Assembly (NCBI GenBank): GCA_045863395.1
Contig: BTVJ01000014.1
Span: 1 to 64,000, forward strand
Length of the DNA stretch: 64,000 nt
Source of the DNA: Myxococcales bacterium
Lineage (GTDB): Bacteria; Myxococcota_A; UBA9042; JABWCM01; BTVJ01
Reading direction: 5' to 3'
Part shown: piece by piece, positions 59,023 to 64,000 of the stretch
Numbering within the stretch: position 1 is the stretch's first letter
Layout: each line of letters starts with the position of its first letter
Translations under genes and position numbers: made by a program
Notes under the pieces: model-generated
The model's database searches: none
Told to the model about the DNA's origin: nothing
The model's input: the letters and a program-made list of their open reading frames with translations, nothing else

Positions 59023-59823
59023 CTACGTGGAGACCCTTCGATAGGTGTCAAGGTCGACGCTCGATATCTCGCCCCGTGGAACGAGTTTGTAGTGACGCTC
59101 GTCCACCATTCGAACATCCTCTCCATCAATGGTGAGTTCGAACAAGGCGAGCAACTGGTCCTCGATGAACTGTGCTCCAACCGGACGACAGATCAGTGAC
59201 GGAAACTTCTCCAAGCAGCAGCGGACATCCTGCTTCGTTTGAACAGCACCGAGCTGGTCCGAGCCTCCCTTGGCTTGAATGGGAATGACGAACTGTCTGC
59301 CGTGCTTGTCCACGCCCACATAGACTTCGTCAATCTCAATCTGTCCAATCCCTTTGACGGTCGTGCGAAGATGATTCTGGAGAGAGTACGTGGCAAGACC
59401 AAGAAACAGGTCAATCAACCGATTGTATCGAACCACGGCCAGCAGCGCCTGCTCATCCGAAAGGGAGTATTGAGAGATGATTTCGGGAGTGGCATTGGGA
59501 ATCTAGATCGGTTGAAGCAATGGATTCGGTCGGATTCGGTTGATCGGGACGAGACGGAACGTGTAGGTAGAACGGCCAGTGCCCTCGATGACCCACACCT
59601 TCCCTGCGGGTTGCGTTGCAGTGATCGTAGCGGGCATCGCCGCTCGATATCGAATAGAGTACAGGACGTCACCCAGGTTCTTCGGAAGCTCGATCCCAAG
59701 CGTGACGGCGGCAGCAACGAGGTCTTGCCGGTGAAATGGGACATCCTCGCAGCCGGGCGTGTAGGAGTCCCGGAATACCTTCTCGACCAGCGCCACATAC
59801 CGATTCCGAGTGCTGCTACCCAT
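59023..59823 (-). pseudogene. putative type II restriction endonuclease interrupted by one in-frame TAG
   Basis: MGSSTRNRYVALVEKVF...KNLGDVLYSIRYR...LLQPI*IPNATPEII...DEQALLAVVRYNRLID...QIEIDEVY...IPIQAK. TAG at 59503-59505; both halves are in the same frame; start overlaps the methyltransferase stop. Confidence 0.85.
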
Positions 59824-61153
59824 GGGCTGCGTTGCCTGTCCTTGTTGCCACTTCGATGTCAATCTGTCTGCGCTTCGTTGCGCCGCTCTTGCGGTCCCTG
59901 CGGGCAATGGGACTCTGGACACCCCAATATGCGGCAGCATCCGACACGGACATGGCCAGGAGCCCTGGTGAACCCAAGGGCAGGTGCGCCACGTCTTCGG
60001 GAAGTCGTGACCCGCCGCACAGGTCAACCAATTGAAGGGCGATGGCCCTCGCAAGAGGGGGAGGTACTGAGTTCCCAACCTGGCGTCCGCCGTGCCACTT
60101 GGTCACGTGAAACCGGAACCAGTCTGGATAGCCATGGAGGCGGGCCATCTCGCGTACAGTGATGCACCGCGGATGAGAATAGTGAATCGGGCGGGGGCTG
60201 GTGAACGCGCCTCGCGCTGAATCGGTACCCGCACGAAGCGTGTTGGAGACGCCGTCAGCGGTGAGCTTGTAGAATCGAGAAATCGGCTCAATGGTGCCAG
60301 GGGCCGTTGAAGCAAAGCGTCTGCGAGATATCTCCGAGTGCACGGTGCGCATGCTGGAAGTCATGGTTGTGCAGTCCCAGGAGCGTATGTGGCCGTTGTG
60401 CCAGGAGGAGTCGGAGAGACATCGAAGCTCTCGCGAGTAGAGAGATGCCGGATGAGCAAGGTCGACTCTGACTGTGTCGGAGTCGACCAGGTCGGGAAAC
60501 AGATCGGCGTCGGGCAGGTCCGAAAGGGCATCGCCACACGATGGTCCCAGAACCAAGTCCAGGAAAGAGGATCTGCGTCGTGGCGGCGGTGACGAGACAG
60601 GGGGTGGGTAGCTGGGCACCGGACAGCCCCTTCGTGCGCCCAACAGAATCAGCCGCTCTCGATCTTGCGGTACGCCATAAGCACAGGCGTTCAGTACCTG
60701 CCACGGCGTTCGCACCGTGTACCCATTTCGCTCAAAGGCCAGAACCAGCTCATGCAAGAAAGCACGGTGCTTGCCGACGGTCAGTCCCTTGACGTTCTCA
60801 AATACGAAGTACGATGGCTCCAACTCGAGCACAATCCGCAGAAATTCACGGACGAGTTGGTTTCTTGGATCGTCCAGGGCTCGCTGGCCCATCAAGGAGA
60901 ACCCTTGACACGGGGGACCACCAAAGACAACCGCGACGCCGCGCTTCGCCGCGGACGTTCCCGCCACGATGTCTGCACCTGTAAGTCCGACAATGGAACG
61001 AGGGACAGTCTTGACGTAAGGAAAGTTGTAGTGGTGAACGGCTGCGTGCACGGGGTCCATCTCGACGGCGGCGACGACGTCGAAACCGGCTTGCTCGAAC
61101 CCAAGGGACATGCCCCCAGCGCCTGCAAACAGGTCAATCGCTGTGGGGCGCAT
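59816..61153 (-). CDS. dcm: DNA (cytosine-5)-methyltransferase
   Basis: IDLFAGAGG, FGGPPCQGFS, FENVKG, YGVPQDRER, TVREMARLHGYPD, QVGNSVPP; GGGAGG RBS. Confidence 0.95.
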   Translation of the reverse strand: MRPTAIDLFAGAGGMSLGFEQAGFDVVAAVEMDPVHAAVHHYNFPYVKTVPRSIVGLTGADIVAGTSAAKRGVAVVFGGPPCQGFSLMGQRALDDPRNQLVREFLRIVLELEPSYFVFENVKGLTVGKHRAFLHELVLAFERNGYTVRTPWQVLNACAYGVPQDRERLILLGARRGCPVPSYPPPVSSPPPRRRSSFLDLVLGPSCGDALSDLPDADLFPDLVDSDTVRVDLAHPASLYSRELRCLSDSSWHNGHIRSWDCTTMTSSMRTVHSEISRRRFASTAPGTIEPISRFYKLTADGVSNTLRAGTDSARGAFTSPRPIHYSHPRCITVREMARLHGYPDWFRFHVTKWHGGRQVGNSVPPPLARAIALQLVDLCGGSRLPEDVAHLPLGSPGLLAMSVSDAAAYWGVQSPIARRDRKSGATKRRQIDIEVATRTGNAAHG

Positions 61154-61377
61154 CGTACCTCCCGCCACGACTGTGATGCCGTGGTGCTCACTCAGGGGCC
61201 TCTCCCATAGCATGGCTGGAGCTGCTCGTCAAACGTTCAGTACGGCGCGGGCAGCGACACCGGGGGGATGCTCCCGTCCGTACCCACGTCGGGGCGTCGT
61301 GCCGCGGGAAGATCGCGGAGATTCGGGCAGATGCGAACGCGGATCCGTTCGGGCAGCGGTCCGGCAGCCGGCTGTGC

Positions 61378-63967
61378 GGGGCTGTCGGCGCAGCACGCGC
61401 GGGAGCTCGCTGCGTCGGGGCTGCGGGGGCAGATCTTCCGGGCCCAGGAGCTGCCGGACCGCTCCGCCGACGTGGTGATCCTGGAGGTGACGAAGCTCGC
61501 GGACCGCCCCGGCGTGGAGACGGTCGCGACCAGCCAGTTCGAGGGGAGCAACCTGGTCTTCGTCGACGAGGGCCACCGGGGCAGCTCCAAGGAGGACGGC
61601 GAGTGGAGGCGGCGGCGGCAGCAGCTCGCGGCGGGCGGGTTCTGCTTCGAGTACTCCGCGACGTTCAAGCAGGCGGCGGAGAGGTCGGACGTGCTGCGCG
61701 AGGAGTACGCCCGCGCCATCCTCATGGACTACTCCTACCGGCGCTTCCACGGGGACGGCTACGGCAAGCACTGGCGCATCCTGAACCTGGAGAAGGACGA
61801 CGCCAAGGCCCGCCGCGAGTACTTCACGACGGCGCTGCTCACGCTGTTCCAGCAGACCTGGCTCCACGAGCAGCACCCGGCGCTGGTCGCGCGGCACGCC
61901 ATCGCGCGGCCGCTGTGCGTCTTCGTGGGCGGCAGCGTGGTGGGCGGCGACGAGGCGAAGGAGCAGACCGACGTGGTCAAGGTCCTCGCCTTCCTGTCGG
62001 ACTTCGTGCGGGACGCGGCGGGCTCGAGGCGCGTGCTCCGGGACCTCCTCGACGGCAAGGCGGGTTTCGTCACGAAGCAGCGCGAGGACGTCTTCAAAGG
62101 GGAGTTCCCGGCGCTCGCGGGCTGGGACGAGCAGCGGCTGTACCAGGAGATGCTGCGCCTCCTGTTCAGCGCGGCCGGCCCGGGCCCGCTGCACATCGAG
62201 GAGCTGAAGGACGCGGCCGGCGAGATCGCCCTGTCCGTGGGGGCGGCCCCGCCCTTCGGCGTGGTCAACGTGGGCGACGCGCCGGGCCTTCGCAAGAAGT
62301 GCACCGAAGACAAGGAGCACGGCCCCCACTTCGTCGTGGACGAGAAGCGCTTCAAGGGCGGCCTGTTCTACCGCATCGAAGAGCCGGGGTCCCGCCTGAC
62401 GATGCTCGTCGGCTCCCGCAAGTTCTCGGAGGGCTGGAGCAGTTGGCGCGTGAGCCTCATGGGCCTCTTGAACCTGGGCAAGAGCCCGGGCACGCAGATC
62501 GTGCAGCTCTTCGGGCGGGGGGTGCGCCTGAAGGGGCGCGGCATGTCGCTGAAGCGGGGAGATGCCAAGGGGGAGCCGGTCCTGAAGGGCGACGACGCGT
62601 GGCAGGTCCCGCGCATGGAGACCTTCTCCGTGTTCGGGGTCGAGTCGTCGTACATGAAGCTCTTCCGCGAGGAGCTGGAGAAGGCGGGCATCGAGCAGGA
62701 CCGCGACGAGCCGGACGACACCACCCGCGCGCTCCCGGTGCTCCGCACGCGCCCCCTGCCCAAGCTCTGGGTGATGCGGCCGCCGGGCCGCGAGGCGTAC
62801 CGGCAGTCCGGCGAGACGGTGACCCTGGCGGTGGACCCCTACCTGCCGGCCGTGGAGGTGGACGGCTGGGCGAGCGTCGAGGTGCACCACGACGGGCGTG
62901 GCGCCCTGGCCGTCGCCGACCCGAACCGCATCACCCACGCCGTGCCCGCCTTCGCCTTCGTCGACCACGGCGCGCTCTACGCAGACCTCGTGCGGCTCAA
63001 GAACGAGCAGGGCGCCTGGAACCTGGAGCTGCCGCGGACGGCGCACCACCCGGAGCTGGGGACGGTGCCCCTGACCCGCGCGCTGCTCGCGACGCCCGGC
63101 TGGTACGTGCTCTCCGTCGAGGAGCGGGACGTGGAGCCCACGTCGCTGCGAAACCGGGCGCTCTGGCAGCGCTACGCGAGCGAGCTGGTGCGGGGCCTGG
63201 CGCGGACCCTCTACCGGGCGCGCCTCGGCGACTGGCAGCTCCGCAACACGTCGTTCGTGGAGCTGGACGGCATGCACGACGACGAGATCGCCGCCCTGAT
63301 CCCGGACGCCTGGATCGTGACCGTGGAGCCCGGGACCGACTGGACGGCGAAGATCCTGGCGCTCCTCGACACCATCGGGCAGCGCCTGGGGCGGGGCGAG
63401 CGCGTGGAGCAGGGCCAGCCGGGCGTCTTCGAGGTCACGTCGCCGGACATGCACCTCTACCACCCGCTGGTGGGCGCGACGGACCCGAAGAAGGCGATCA
63501 TCCAGGTCAGGACCGAGCCGGTGGCGCTCAACGAGGGCGAGCTGGGCTTCGTCCGGGACCTGGCGAAGTACCTCGCCACCCGTCCGCGCCTGCTGGAGGG
63601 CGCGCGGGTCCACCTTCTCCGCAACCCGGCGAAGAAGGGCATCGGCTTCGAGGGCTTCTACCCGGACTTCATCGTCTGGGTGGTCCGCGGCGCCGAGCAG
63701 TGGGTGATCCTCGTGGACCCGAAGGGCCTGTCGAGGCTGGGCGCCGCGGACTCGAAGCTCCACGCCTGGAAGAAGCTGAAGGAGCTGGAGGCGCGCCACC
63801 CGGGCATCCACCTGGACTCGTGGATCGTCTCAGTCACCCCCCAGGGAGCCTTGAGCTGGGGCGTCACGGACTACACGGAGATGCACGTCCTCTTCCGGGC
63901 GGACCCGGGCTACGTGGCGACCCTGTTCGAGCGGGCCCTGGCGGGGGAGACGGTCGCTGGCCCCTGA
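61378..63967 (+). pseudogene. type III restriction enzyme Res subunit, 5'-truncated
   Basis: VFVDEGHRG, FEYSATF, GSRKFSEGW, QLFGRGVRLKG and the nuclease GFYPDF...LVDPKG are present. Walker A and a credible start are absent; host-like coding begins abruptly at GLSAQH (about 61378). Confidence 0.85.
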
Positions 63968-64000
63968 GGCGCTCACGTGACCCATGGCTCACCCCCCGAC

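Noticed and set aside
38946..59505. TAG stop-codon reassignment or pyrrolysine, suggested by two in-frame TAGs
   Set aside because: Many intact genes here end in TAG at their expected C-termini (e.g. bcp, vapC, the first SNF2), no pyl genes are seen, and both cases lie in decaying regions.
56987..63967. Complete DISARM system (DrmD-like helicase plus C5 methyltransferase)
   Set aside because: No DrmA, DrmB or DrmC is recognisable; the methyltransferase is on the opposite strand with its own endonuclease, and the downstream gene has type III Res motifs.
35453..64000. Prophage, IS or integron explaining the accessory regions
   Set aside because: No integrase, transposase, phage gene, tRNA target or convincing attC site was recognised.

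Overview
High-GC bacterial window, probably Myxococcota or a related deltaproteobacterium (inferred from myxobacterial-style Cys-rich repeats, a MYXO-CTERM-like tail and gene content). Positions 1-35.4 kb and 40-54.5 kb are mostly intact housekeeping and envelope genes: POT transporter, SWIM/SNF2 helicase, dihydropyrimidinase, SpeD, BCP, acyl-CoA dehydrogenase, an ATPase+TPR pair, a GT21 glycosyltransferase, a divergent sigma/anti-sigma-like pair, amidohydrolases, a CAD-like pyrC-pyrB-pyrF/E-pyrD cluster, and two large surface proteins, one carrying both cohesin-like and dockerin-like modules. Two accessory zones show decay. At 35.5-39.9 kb there is a frameshifted large ORF, an ATPase remnant and an intact vapBC. 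At 54.5-64 kb there is a collapsed vapBC, an orphan-family gene, mazEF between copies of an 18-bp palindromic repeat with 42-bp phasing, an internally deleted SNF2 helicase, a truncated PIN gene, a lower-GC C5-methyltransferase plus nonsense-inactivated endonuclease module, and a 5'-truncated type III Res gene with no Mod gene. No rRNA, tRNA, cas gene, integrase or transposase was recognised. All family calls come from motif recognition by eye; no database search was run.
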